The notes beneath the pieces were generated by a model, which did no database searches, was not told the origin of the DNA, and was given only the letters and a program-made list of their open reading frames with translations. The position numbers and the translations under genes are program-made. A stretch of DNA of 32,733 nucleotides from Selenomonadaceae bacterium UBA3796 (GTDB taxonomy: Bacteria; Bacillota; Negativicutes; Selenomonadales; Selenomonadaceae): assembly GCA_002369175.1 (NCBI GenBank), contig DFES01000196.1, positions 1 to 32,733 on the forward strand, written 5' to 3'. This document shows positions 22,726 to 31,612 of this stretch, piece by piece (position 1 is the first letter of the stretch; every line of letters starts with the position of its first letter).

Positions 22726-23874
22726 TCACAAATAACCATAGGGACTCACCACAGAGCCATTCACGCGAACCTCGAAATGGCAGTGGGGACCCGTGGAATT
22801 TCCCGTTGAGCCGCAGTAGGCAATGGTCTGTCCCTGAGAAACCGACTGCCCTTCACTCACGGCAAATCCTTGGTTGTGGCCGTAGAGGGTCGTAACTCCG
22901 CCGCCGTGGTCGATGATGACCGTATTGCCATAGCCGGAAATCCAGCAGGCATCCGTCACCACACCGCTGGCAGCCGCAGCGACAGGCTCACCGTAATCAC
23001 CGCCGATGTCAATGCCGCTATGAAATTTCTGCGTTCCCGTAATCGGATGAACACGCCAGCCGAACTCCGACGTAATGGGGCCGGAAATCGGCCAGATCAT
23101 CCCGCCGCCCCCGCCTCCGGTATAGGATACATGAGCATCCGCCACCTGGGACTTGCGCGCTTGGATCATCTCTGCCACCTTCTTCGATGCGGCCATGAGC
23201 TCATCATATTCCCGGTCAATGGTGGCCTTGTCATTCTTCATCCGATCAATGATGGCCTGCCGCTTCCGCTGCTTCTCCACCATGACGTCCTTGGCTTTTT
23301 CGGCTTTTCGTACTTTTGGTTCCTGCTCCGCCCGGTCTTTCTCCAGACTGGCTTTCGTCTGTTCAATCTCAGTCCGCTCCGCCAAAACGACTTGCACCAG
23401 GTCATAGTCCTGCTTTATGACCCGCTTCAAAAGGTCCATGCGGGTCATGAGATCCTGAAAATCCTTTGCCCCGAAAACCACGTCCAGATAGCTGATCTGT
23501 CCATTGATATAGATATCCCGGACACGCTTCCCGAGGGCATTGCTCTTCTTTTTGTAATCCTCCTGGACTTCCTCCAGTCGAATCTCATTCATGGCAATGC
23601 GCTCCTTGATGCCATCAAGCTCTTCCTTCAGCTCGCTGTATGCCGCAATCGCCTCATCCGCTTCCATGTCAAGGATCCGCTTCTCCTCGGAAAGACTGTC
23701 GAGTTTCACCTGAATCTCGCTGCTCTCCTGAAGCTTTTCCTGAGCCTGCTGCTCATAGCTGGCCTGCTCGTCCTCCAGCTCATCCGCATAAAGCATCATC
23801 GGATTTGCCAGGGAAAATACACAGGCAAGGACGCAGGCCTTGAAAGCGTTTCCCATAACAGCATTCTTTCCCAC
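22726..23874 (-). CDS. M23 peptidase-domain protein with N-terminal coiled coil (EnvC-like murein hydrolase activator)
   Basis: 382 aa with a signal peptide and a long coiled coil (LEDEQASYEQQAQEKLQE...). The C-terminal LytM/M23 blocks are HPITGTQKFHSGIDIGGDYGEPVAAAASGVV, TLYGHNQGFAV, GQTIAYCGSTGNSTGPHCHFEV. It sits directly after ftsEX. Confidence 0.85.
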   Translation of the reverse strand: MGKNAVMGNAFKACVLACVFSLANPMMLYADELEDEQASYEQQAQEKLQESSEIQVKLDSLSEEKRILDMEADEAIAAYSELKEELDGIKERIAMNEIRLEEVQEDYKKKSNALGKRVRDIYINGQISYLDVVFGAKDFQDLMTRMDLLKRVIKQDYDLVQVVLAERTEIEQTKASLEKDRAEQEPKVRKAEKAKDVMVEKQRKRQAIIDRMKNDKATIDREYDELMAASKKVAEMIQARKSQVADAHVSYTGGGGGGMIWPISGPITSEFGWRVHPITGTQKFHSGIDIGGDYGEPVAAAASGVVTDACWISGYGNTVIIDHGGGVTTLYGHNQGFAVSEGQSVSQGQTIAYCGSTGNSTGPHCHFEVRVNGSVVSPYGYL

Positions 23875-23886
23875 AAACTTCCCCCC

Positions 23887-24774
23887 TCAGACCTGCAAAA
23901 ACCGCTTCAGGGATATCGTACTGCCGATGGTTCCGATGATCATCCCGCTCACAATAATCGCCACAGCCACGTAGTTCATAAAAGGATACTGGGGCAGAAG
24001 GGGGAAAAATGCCAGGGTGCTGTAGATCTTCGCCGCCATGGCCGCATAGAAGCTTCGAAGAGCCAGAGCCGCAACGATGCCTCCGATGAATCCCAAAACC
24101 ATGCCCTCCAAAAGAAAGGGCCAGCGAATAAACCAATCCGTTGCCCCCACGTATTTCATGATGGCAATTTCCTTGCGCCGTGCAAAGACCGTGAGGCGTA
24201 TGGTGTTGGAAATGATAAAGAGCGTCGCCCCCGCCAAAAGCACCATGAGCACCAATCCGAAAATCCGCATGAGACGGGTGATATCAAAAAGATGCTCCAC
24301 CACATCCTGCCCGTATTTCGCCTCCTCGACACCTTCCATCTTCCCGATGGCCTCTGCCGCCGTCTGCACCATCTCAGGCAGTTTCACCGTCACCTCAATG
24401 GACTCGGGCAAAGGATTTTTATCCCCCAGTGCGTCCAGAAGATACTTCTGGTCGCCCAGCCGCTCCTTCAACCGCATCATGGCCTCATCCTTGGACACGT
24501 ATTTCACCGATTCGATGCCCTGCATCTCCTGGATATTCCCTTCCACCCTTCTTCGTGTGGAATCCTCGATGTCTTCCCGCAGGTAGACGCTGATCTGAAC
24601 TTGGGACTCCAGACTGGAGGCAAGGCGGTTCATGTTCAGCACAAGGATGAGAAATACCCCCAGGACGAACAGGGATACCGCCACGGTACCGATGGAAGCA
24701 AAGGACATCCAATTGTTGCGTCGAAGGGAAAGGAACACCTCGCGAATAAAATACTCGCTTGTACTAAGCTTCAT
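23887..24774 (-). CDS. ftsX: Cell-division ABC transporter permease-like protein FtsX
   Basis: The ORF was trimmed to ATG 24774 (MKLSTSEYFIREVFLSLRRNNWMSFASIGTV), which overlaps the ftsE stop by 11 nt. It has four TM segments and a periplasmic loop, and the C-terminus is typical of FtsX. Confidence 0.88.
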   Translation of the reverse strand: MKLSTSEYFIREVFLSLRRNNWMSFASIGTVAVSLFVLGVFLILVLNMNRLASSLESQVQISVYLREDIEDSTRRRVEGNIQEMQGIESVKYVSKDEAMMRLKERLGDQKYLLDALGDKNPLPESIEVTVKLPEMVQTAAEAIGKMEGVEEAKYGQDVVEHLFDITRLMRIFGLVLMVLLAGATLFIISNTIRLTVFARRKEIAIMKYVGATDWFIRWPFLLEGMVLGFIGGIVAALALRSFYAAMAAKIYSTLAFFPLLPQYPFMNYVAVAIIVSGMIIGTIGSTISLKRFLQV

Positions 24775-25453
24775 AACCGTATACCCCCCTGGCCTCATCC
24801 CTGACGATATGCCCGTCCTCAATTGCGATGACACGGCGTCGCATGGTGTCCACAATATTCTTATCGTGGGTTGCCATGACAATCGTGGTTCCCGCTGCAT
24901 TGATTCGCTGGAAAATGTCCATGATATCCCAGGAAGTCTCCGGATCCAGGTTTCCCGTGGGCTCATCCGCAATGACAATCGCCGGAGCGTTCACGATGGC
25001 CCGCGCTATAGCCACCCGCTGCTGCTCGCCGCCGGAAAGCTGTGAGGGAAAGGACTTGTACTTGTCCCGAAGTCCCACCACGTCCAGCACGGAATTCACA
25101 CTGCGCTGGATGAGACGCCGCGGAGCCTCAATCACCTCCATGGCAAAGGCCACATTCTCATACACTGTCTTATCGGGGAGGAGACGGTAATCCTGGAAAA
25201 TCACGCCAAGTCCCCGTCTGAGATACGGAACGTCGCTCCGATCCATTTTCACCACGTCCCTGCCGTTCACTTCCAGCACCCCGGAAGACGGCAGAACTTC
25301 ACGGAACAGCATGCGGATAAAAGTGGATTTTCCCGCACCGCTGGCTCCGACAATGAATACAAACTCCCCTTTGCCGATATCCACGCTCACGTGATCCAAC
25401 GCAACGGCGCCGGTATCATCGTATACTTTAGAAACATCCCTCATATGGATCAT
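24764..25453 (-). CDS. ftsE: Cell-division ATP-binding protein FtsE
   Basis: Walker A is GASGAGKST, the ABC signature is LSGGEQQRVAIARA and Walker B is IVIADEPTGNLD. The start is taken at MIHMRDVSKVY (25453). The ORF track extends to 25492 (GTG). Confidence 0.9.
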   Translation of the reverse strand: MIHMRDVSKVYDDTGAVALDHVSVDIGKGEFVFIVGASGAGKSTFIRMLFREVLPSSGVLEVNGRDVVKMDRSDVPYLRRGLGVIFQDYRLLPDKTVYENVAFAMEVIEAPRRLIQRSVNSVLDVVGLRDKYKSFPSQLSGGEQQRVAIARAIVNAPAIVIADEPTGNLDPETSWDIMDIFQRINAAGTTIVMATHDKNIVDTMRRRVIAIEDGHIVRDEARGVYGYEA

Positions 25454-25497
25454 AGGATGAAGATCCCTCCTATCACTCAAGCAACAAAACACTTTTT

Positions 25498-25506
25498 ATT
25501 GTACCA
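25498..25506 (-). promoter_or_regulatory. Candidate extended -10 promoter for ftsEX
   Basis: The minus strand reads TGgTACAAT (TGn + TACAAT), about 45 nt upstream of the ftsE start. No good -35 was seen. Confidence 0.35.
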
Positions 25507-25522
25507 TATCTTCATGAAAATA

Positions 25523-25609
25523 AGGAACTGGCAATGAATAAATTTTAAGATAGGACGCGTCTGGAGATTTAGACCAGTCAAATCCAAAATTTATTTATGA
25601 ACAGTTCCT
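25523..25609. repeat. Long imperfect AT-rich inverted repeat
   Basis: AGGAACTG (25523-30) pairs with CAGTTCCT (25602-09). ATAAATTTT (25538-46) pairs with AAAATTTAT (25586-94). The 7-nt internal segments pair only partly (3/7). Confidence 0.5.
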
Positions 25610-25613
25610 AAGC

Positions 25614-25642
25614 AAAAAATAAGAGTGTGAAACCACACTCTT
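25614..25642 (-). terminator. Orphan rho-independent terminator-like hairpin (minus-strand orientation) upstream of ftsE
   Basis: A perfect 9-bp stem AAGAGTGTG / CACACTCTT with a 4-nt loop. On the minus strand it is followed by ATTTTTTG. No minus-strand gene ends just upstream of it. Confidence 0.55.
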
Positions 25643-25694
25643 GTGATACCGGCAGAAAAGGAAATTCCCCACCGATTGTCGAATACAACGCTGG

Positions 25695-25723
25695 TTGACG
25701 TTATCTGCGCGCTATCCTATCGT
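25695..25723 (+). promoter_or_regulatory. Candidate sigma-70 promoter for the GT2-TPR gene
   Basis: TTGACG (25695-25700), a 17-nt spacer, then TATCGT (25718-25723), 35 nt upstream of ATG 25759. SD is GAGGAAG. Confidence 0.35.
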
Positions 25724-25758
25724 TCGCCCGTTCATAGATAAGAAAGCGAGGAAGAAAC

Positions 25759-26820
25759 ATGAAGCTTGCGGCTTGTTACATCGTCAAAAATGAAGCGAAA
25801 AAACTTGACCGATCCATATTCAGCCTCCGGCACGCAGTTGATGAACTCGTTGTTGTCGATACCGGCTCGACAGATAACACCATGGAAATCGCCAGATCAT
25901 ACAGAGCCAACCTGCTCACTTTCCCATGGCAGGATCACTTCGGAGTGGCAAGAAATTTCGCATTGGAACACGTCGAAAGCCCGTGGATCATCTTTCTGGA
26001 TGCAAATGAGTACTTCCGCCATCCAAAGCAGGTTCGACCAGCCCTACAGGACATTTTGAACGAGAAACCAAATCTCGATGCCATCATGCTCACACGATAT
26101 AATGTCGATACGGATGTCCCGGAAAAAAAACTTCCCTACGACATATCCCTGCGCATCCTGCGAAATGCCCCTGAACTCCGCTACCGGGGGCGCATCCATG
26201 AAATGCTGCAGAAAGCTGGCGGTCAACTGAAGCTTGCATATGCATGCGAGGAACTGTCCCTCATGCACACGGGGTATTCCTCCCTTCAAAGTCCGAGCAA
26301 GAGCCAGAGAAATCTCCGGCTCTTGCAAAAGAATATCGAAGAAAACGGGGCATCCCCCTTCGACCACTACAACCTATCCGTATGCTATTTTGGCATGGGG
26401 GATTACAAAAAAGCACTCGTGCACTCCATGCAGGCACTGGATTCCGACATGCAGCTCATAGGATCCCAAGGTTCTTTGTACCACATCGCCATAGAATCCA
26501 TGCGGCAACTGAACATGTCCCCGGAAGATATGCTCGCTCTTCTGACACAGGCAGCCATCCGTGAACTCCCCTCCCTGCCGGAATTCTATGGAGAGCAGGG
26601 AATGGTTCTCTGCGCCATGGGACGCCTTTTGAAAGCAGAAAATTGCTTCCAAAAGGCCATGGATATGTTTGACCGGTCAAAAGTCAATTACCGACAGGGC
26701 TCCTATTTCACGGAAAAAGCTGCCTCCATCATCTGCACCCGCCTTGGCGAGATTTCCCAAAGCAAAGGAGATACGGCAGCAGCTGCATATTGGTTCAAGC
26801 GCGCCTCAGGAATGGCGTAA
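25759..26820 (+). CDS. Family 2 glycosyltransferase with C-terminal TPR repeats
   Basis: 353 aa. The GT-A N-terminus is LAACYIVKNEAKKLDRSIFSLRHAVDELVVVDTGSTDNTMEIA...IIFLDANEYF. The TPR-like repeats are YNLSVCYFGMGDYKKALVHSMQAL and YGEQGMVLCAMGRLLKAENCFQKAMDM. Confidence 0.8.
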   Translation: MKLAACYIVKNEAKKLDRSIFSLRHAVDELVVVDTGSTDNTMEIARSYRANLLTFPWQDHFGVARNFALEHVESPWIIFLDANEYFRHPKQVRPALQDILNEKPNLDAIMLTRYNVDTDVPEKKLPYDISLRILRNAPELRYRGRIHEMLQKAGGQLKLAYACEELSLMHTGYSSLQSPSKSQRNLRLLQKNIEENGASPFDHYNLSVCYFGMGDYKKALVHSMQALDSDMQLIGSQGSLYHIAIESMRQLNMSPEDMLALLTQAAIRELPSLPEFYGEQGMVLCAMGRLLKAENCFQKAMDMFDRSKVNYRQGSYFTEKAASIICTRLGEISQSKGDTAAAAYWFKRASGMA

Positions 26821-28407
26821 GCCTCGTCCTCCCGAAACATATCCCTTGATCCATAGTTTCTGATAGAGTTCCTCCGCCGCATGAATATACCTTTGCATAT
26901 CCATGAGGGGCGAGCTGCGCATCATGCAGCGCAAGTTTTTGTGCAGCATCGCAATCAGCTGCTTGTCCCCTGCCAAAGCAACTGCCCTGGACACATATTC
27001 TTCACAGGATGCCGCCGCCAGCTCTTCCAATCCGATCGTTTTCAAAATGCTATACCCAAAACGTGTCCCCAATCTCTGCCCATATAAGGAAATGACCGGA
27101 ACCCCGGAATAAAGAGCCTCACAGGTGGTGATACAGCCTACATAGGGATAAGTGTCCAGCGCAATATCAATATCCCCATATTCTCTCAGATAATCCCTTG
27201 AGAATCCCCGCATCTCTGTTACTGCATGTTGTATTCCCAATCTTCTGAATCGTTCCCTGACACTCTGCCTGCCTTCCTCACTGTCAAAAATACGGTGCTT
27301 TAAGATCAGTCGGCTTCCCGGCACTCTCCGCAAAATCTCGGACCATGCCAGCAGCATTTCATCCGTAACCTTGCTGAAATTGTTAAAGCACCCAAAGGTT
27401 ACCCCTTCTTGCTTCATACAGGGGGCATCTTTGGCCTCCGGCACCTCCCTGAGAGGAGTGTAGCAGATCCAGCTGTCCATATCGCGCAAGATCCGCTCCG
27501 TGAAATACAGACCCGCAGCTTGGGCATCCCGGCAGCTATTCCGATCCCCCCAGAAGTATTCAATGCACTTCATGCCGGTGCTGTTCACATCACCGATGCC
27601 GGAAATCTGAACGGAAGCAGGATGATAGGCCATAACCGCAAGGCGGTTATCGCTTGTATGCCCGGAAAGATCAAAGAGGATATCGATTTCATCGCTGCGT
27701 ATCAAATGTGCCGCTGCTTCATCGGAAAAGGTGGAAATATCCCTCCATGCCTCCACGGTTCCCTGCATTTTCCTTGTCACCCAGTCATAGGTCTCACATT
27801 TGTTGGAGGCATAGCAATACACCCGGAAATGCTTCCGATCGTGACAGCACAGCAACGTCCACAAAAGATATGCCACGGGATGTTCGCGAAAATCCGGTGA
27901 AAGATAACCGACCCGAAGCCTGTCGTGACGATAAAAACGCAAGGGAAAGGGGACGATATCCTCACACAAGGATCTATATTGGCAGTACAACCTTTGATAC
28001 GCTTCCGGAGGATAATCCGGGATCGAACTGGCAGAAAACAATGCGTTGCTGCATTCCACCCGCTTTCCGGACAAATCCGGCTCGTGCTCGGAAGCCTTCA
28101 TGAAGGCCTCCACTGCTCTGCGGGGCTGTCCCAGCATATGATACGCACTGCCCTGCAAACTCCACATTTCCGCCGCAAGCGCAGGGTCCCTTGCAGGATC
28201 GTTTTCCATAGCATTCAAACTGTCAGACAATATGCCGATTTCCGATACGTATTTCAGCTGAGCCCGGTAAATATACGCTGTCAAAAGATCAAGACGAGGC
28301 CAATAGACTACATTCTCCCGTATTTTCGAGAGTTCCGCCAAAGCCTCGTCGTATCTTTTTTCATGAAAGAACTTCAAAGATTTTTGATAATCTGCAACAA
28401 TATCCAT
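26806..28407 (-). CDS. TPR-containing GT41-like (SPINDLY/OGT-type) glycosyltransferase
   Basis: 533 aa with N-terminal TPRs (YQKSLKFFHEKRYDEALAEL...). The C-terminal blocks RVGYLSPDFREHPVAYLLW, ILFDLSGHTSDNRLAVMA, VTFGCFNNFSKVTDEMLLAWSEILRRVPGSRLIL and DIALDTYPYVGCITTCEALYSGVPVISL are as in bacterial SPY-family O-GlcNAc-transferase-like proteins. Confidence 0.8.
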   Translation of the reverse strand: MDIVADYQKSLKFFHEKRYDEALAELSKIRENVVYWPRLDLLTAYIYRAQLKYVSEIGILSDSLNAMENDPARDPALAAEMWSLQGSAYHMLGQPRRAVEAFMKASEHEPDLSGKRVECSNALFSASSIPDYPPEAYQRLYCQYRSLCEDIVPFPLRFYRHDRLRVGYLSPDFREHPVAYLLWTLLCCHDRKHFRVYCYASNKCETYDWVTRKMQGTVEAWRDISTFSDEAAAHLIRSDEIDILFDLSGHTSDNRLAVMAYHPASVQISGIGDVNSTGMKCIEYFWGDRNSCRDAQAAGLYFTERILRDMDSWICYTPLREVPEAKDAPCMKQEGVTFGCFNNFSKVTDEMLLAWSEILRRVPGSRLILKHRIFDSEEGRQSVRERFRRLGIQHAVTEMRGFSRDYLREYGDIDIALDTYPYVGCITTCEALYSGVPVISLYGQRLGTRFGYSILKTIGLEELAAASCEEYVSRAVALAGDKQLIAMLHKNLRCMMRSSPLMDMQRYIHAAEELYQKLWIKGYVSGGRGLRHS

Positions 28408-28426
28408 ATTTTCTCACAAGAACACC

Positions 28427-29533
28427 TTATGTGCCATGAGGTGTATTTCCCATGGCATCCATTGCCAATTCCGCATTGCGCGCAGCAAGCCTCCGAAGTT
28501 CCGACAGAAGGGCTGCATTCTGCTGACGAAAGGCTTCCTTCCCATCCCACTTGCGGCGAACCTCTTCCATGAGCCCCTCTACCGTAATGTCCTCCAGTCC
28601 TCCTGCAATCCTGTCGCCGATGGAATCCATGAAGCGCTCGACCTTCGGGTCATAAGAAACTCCGATCATAGGAACTCCCATGACACCCGCAAAAATCAAG
28701 GCATGAAGACGTATGCTCACCATGAGATCCATACAACCCACAAGGGAAAGGAGTTCACTGGTCGTATACTCATCCTCGAGTACCGTGCATTCTTCTCCTG
28801 CCATCTCCGCTATGGCTTCCGCCACCCTCACATCCTCCGGATACTGCATGGGCAGGAACACCACCCGCGCCCCCAGTTCCTTCACAATGGCATCTGCGAC
28901 CCCCGCCAGGACTTCCTTGTAATGGTTCCAGCCCTTCCATTCCCGCACGGAAATCCCCACCAGCGGCAATGCGTCGTCAGCGTGGTATTTGAAAAGAATG
29001 CGGCGTCCTGCCTCATGACTCACGGGATTGATGGCCAATACGGGGTCTGCTGTGCACTCGATGTGGGGAGAGTGAATGCGAAGGCTCTCCAGCTCCTCCA
29101 GAGAGCCGTGATCGCGCACCGTAATGACATCCACATGATTGCCGAGCCAGCTCATGACCCGCCGAGCAATGGTTCCGTAAATCGGCCCGATGCCCTGCGC
29201 ATAGAGCATCACCCGTGTGCCCAGCATATGAGCGAGGCAGATGATTCCCATGTAATAATAGAGGCTCCTCCCGCTGGTAACATTCTGCAGAAGGCTCCCA
29301 CCGCCGCTGATGAGCAGATCTGCTCTTTTCAAAGCACAGAAAATCTCCGGCAGATCCAGCCAGGAAACTGCCTCTACTCCATGCCGCTTCCTGGTATCCT
29401 CCGGATTCGCCGATATGACGGTAATATTCAGTTGTGGATCAAGTTCGGATAATATCTCGATCATAGCGGCAAGCATTGCCTCGTCGCCGCCGTTTTTCGA
29501 ACCATAATATCCAGAAACCACAATATTATGCAT
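28427..29533 (-). CDS. csaB: Polysaccharide pyruvyl transferase CsaB
   Basis: 368 aa. IVVSGYYGSKNGGDEAMLAAMIEIL...ADLLISGGGSLLQNVTSGRSLYYY...LYAQGIGPI is the characteristic CsaB N-terminal half. Confidence 0.85.
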   Translation of the reverse strand: MHNIVVSGYYGSKNGGDEAMLAAMIEILSELDPQLNITVISANPEDTRKRHGVEAVSWLDLPEIFCALKRADLLISGGGSLLQNVTSGRSLYYYMGIICLAHMLGTRVMLYAQGIGPIYGTIARRVMSWLGNHVDVITVRDHGSLEELESLRIHSPHIECTADPVLAINPVSHEAGRRILFKYHADDALPLVGISVREWKGWNHYKEVLAGVADAIVKELGARVVFLPMQYPEDVRVAEAIAEMAGEECTVLEDEYTTSELLSLVGCMDLMVSIRLHALIFAGVMGVPMIGVSYDPKVERFMDSIGDRIAGGLEDITVEGLMEEVRRKWDGKEAFRQQNAALLSELRRLAARNAELAMDAMGNTPHGT

Positions 29534-29563
29534 GTATGAAATCCCTACTTTGTATTCACGGAA

Positions 29564-31612
29564 TCAGTTTCGTCTCGCTGCGGACATGAGGGTCTGCCAG
29601 CACTGAGCGAGAACCATGGCTACAGCGCCCACTCCCGCTCCCAGAACAATACCGCCAATCCCCCGCATAAAGGACATGTACACAGGCGTGCGCATGTGAG
29701 CAAACGTCTCCACCATGGAACCCTGCCCAATCACAGCAACGATCACCAGGAGGAAGAACACCATGGTAGGCCACTTCCTCTGCCATGCCATAACAGCCAG
29801 CATGAAGGCCGGATGACCTATGAGAAGTTCCTTTGAGCGTGGACGGGCGTAAAAGGCCTGTTCCAGGAAGGCACGGAATTTGAGCTCCGTGCTGGAAACA
29901 GGCATTCCCAGGTTATGCCCGCTGCGGGCAATGAACACAATACCCGCCAGGAGCACAACACCGATTCCCATAAGAGTCTTAACCTTCACAGGCGCATCAA
30001 ATATCTTCCTGAGTTGTTCCGTCATTCCCACCGTATCATCAAATTTCCCATCGAAAATATCAAACCGCTGCAGGAATGCCAGTGCTACGAGAACAAGCGG
30101 CAGAACAAAGGTCAGCTTGATGCCCCGATAGATATTGAATTCCAGAAAATACTCCGTATCGGAAAGAGCACCGGAGAGATAAGCCGCGCCGACATAGGAC
30201 ATCGCCCCTGCCACAAAAAGGGCAAGCGCGGCTGTCACCACGAGCTTTGGCAGCGCCATCTTCACATCGTTCCGGAAGGAGCGCACCCGGTCAAGCTGCC
30301 ATATAACCGCAAGGGCAGGGAAGAGGTTCGCACCGGCAAAAGCCGCCAGAATACGGATCTTGTTCCCGTTCCCCATGAGTACGGGAATGACTGCCAAAGC
30401 GGCGAAAAGGGCAAACAAAACATACTGATACCGTGCATTGGCATTGAGGCGGGGAAAAATCAACGAAAGATAGAGCACGCCTGCAGCAGCCACGCCAAGC
30501 ATCACAAGGGCACGCAGGAATTTACTCGGGTAATATTCCTGGAAGGTACTTGCCGGCCCCAGTGTAAATCCCCTTTCCCGCAGAAGATTTGCCGTGTCCC
30601 GGAAATACTTCATGTTTGTTTCCAGAAGGTTCATATTGGGAGAAGGTGATTCATAGATCCGAAGCAGATCGATACGAATATTGCGTTCCATGTCCGTGTT
30701 GGCCCAGCGCTCCACTGCGGTATCGATCTTGAGCTTGGGCATCTCGTCCCTGGGAATGCTGTAGAGACGGGCAATACGATCATAGCCGAGACCCTTGGCG
30801 ATCTCGCCCATTCCTTCCTGTGGGTAGAACTGGAGCTGTGATGTGGCCTCGATAAGTCCCCAGGTCATATTCCGCTCCCGAAGCTCATCAATGGTAGCCT
30901 GAAGGGCTTTCGTCGAACCCAGGGATTGATTGCCGGAAAAAACGATCTCCGACACCCGTATCCCGTCTAAGCGCCGAAATACCGCCTGAACATCCTCCTT
31001 CGTGCAGCCCTCGTAATTGCTCGGACGGGCAATCACGTAGAATCCCGCCTCGTTCACGGCTTTCATCTCATCCGTGGGAAGCCCCAGATTCATCTTCAGG
31101 AACGACTCATAATGAGCCTTGACGGCAAGAACTTCTCTTCCCGCTAACGAATGGGAGGTCACCCGCTCCTTCCCCAGACGGCGAAGGAGATCCTCCTTGA
31201 CTTCCTTGGAAACGGCCGGATCCTGACCTGTCACATAGACTTCATTCCCCTTGACATTCCCGGATGCGACAAACTCCCTCCACGCGGGATCCGCCAAAGC
31301 GCCGCTTCGATAATTGGAGAGAAGCTCGCTTCCTGAAACTGCGCTTGCCTTGCCATTCTCGTTGAATTTCTTGAAGGTCGTTTCATAAACCGCCAAAGAA
31401 GTGAAGCCCGCCTCTTTCGCCTGAGCCAGCACTTCCTGTGCAGGCAGTCCCTCGCGGTCAGCCAGCTCCAGAAGTCCCTCATAATCAATGGCCATGTCCA
31501 CCTGACGGTTCTGCACTTCGACCTCATGACGCTGGACGCTAATGACGAGAGAAGCAATCAATCCCAGAACAATAAAGACAAGCAGCCAGCGATTATATTT
31601 AAACACTTTCAT
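29564..31612 (-). CDS. DUF5693-like protein: N-terminal extracytoplasmic domain plus a C-terminal polytopic membrane domain
   Basis: 682 aa with an N-terminal TM (WLLVFIVLGLIASLVISV), a soluble domain of about 330 aa, and then about 9-10 hydrophobic helices. This gene type is commonly found next to csaB (from memory). The start shares one nt with the upstream stop (TAATG). Confidence 0.65.
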   Translation of the reverse strand: MKVFKYNRWLLVFIVLGLIASLVISVQRHEVEVQNRQVDMAIDYEGLLELADREGLPAQEVLAQAKEAGFTSLAVYETTFKKFNENGKASAVSGSELLSNYRSGALADPAWREFVASGNVKGNEVYVTGQDPAVSKEVKEDLLRRLGKERVTSHSLAGREVLAVKAHYESFLKMNLGLPTDEMKAVNEAGFYVIARPSNYEGCTKEDVQAVFRRLDGIRVSEIVFSGNQSLGSTKALQATIDELRERNMTWGLIEATSQLQFYPQEGMGEIAKGLGYDRIARLYSIPRDEMPKLKIDTAVERWANTDMERNIRIDLLRIYESPSPNMNLLETNMKYFRDTANLLRERGFTLGPASTFQEYYPSKFLRALVMLGVAAAGVLYLSLIFPRLNANARYQYVLFALFAALAVIPVLMGNGNKIRILAAFAGANLFPALAVIWQLDRVRSFRNDVKMALPKLVVTAALALFVAGAMSYVGAAYLSGALSDTEYFLEFNIYRGIKLTFVLPLVLVALAFLQRFDIFDGKFDDTVGMTEQLRKIFDAPVKVKTLMGIGVVLLAGIVFIARSGHNLGMPVSSTELKFRAFLEQAFYARPRSKELLIGHPAFMLAVMAWQRKWPTMVFFLLVIVAVIGQGSMVETFAHMRTPVYMSFMRGIGGIVLGAGVGAVAMVLAQCWQTLMSAARRN

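Noticed and set aside
25523-25609. Calling the AT-rich inverted repeat a MITE.
   Set aside because: It is a single copy in this window with no clear target-site duplication. The arms are short and AT-rich, so chance or regulatory DNA bending are equally possible. I left it as a hypothesis within the ftsE-upstream finding.
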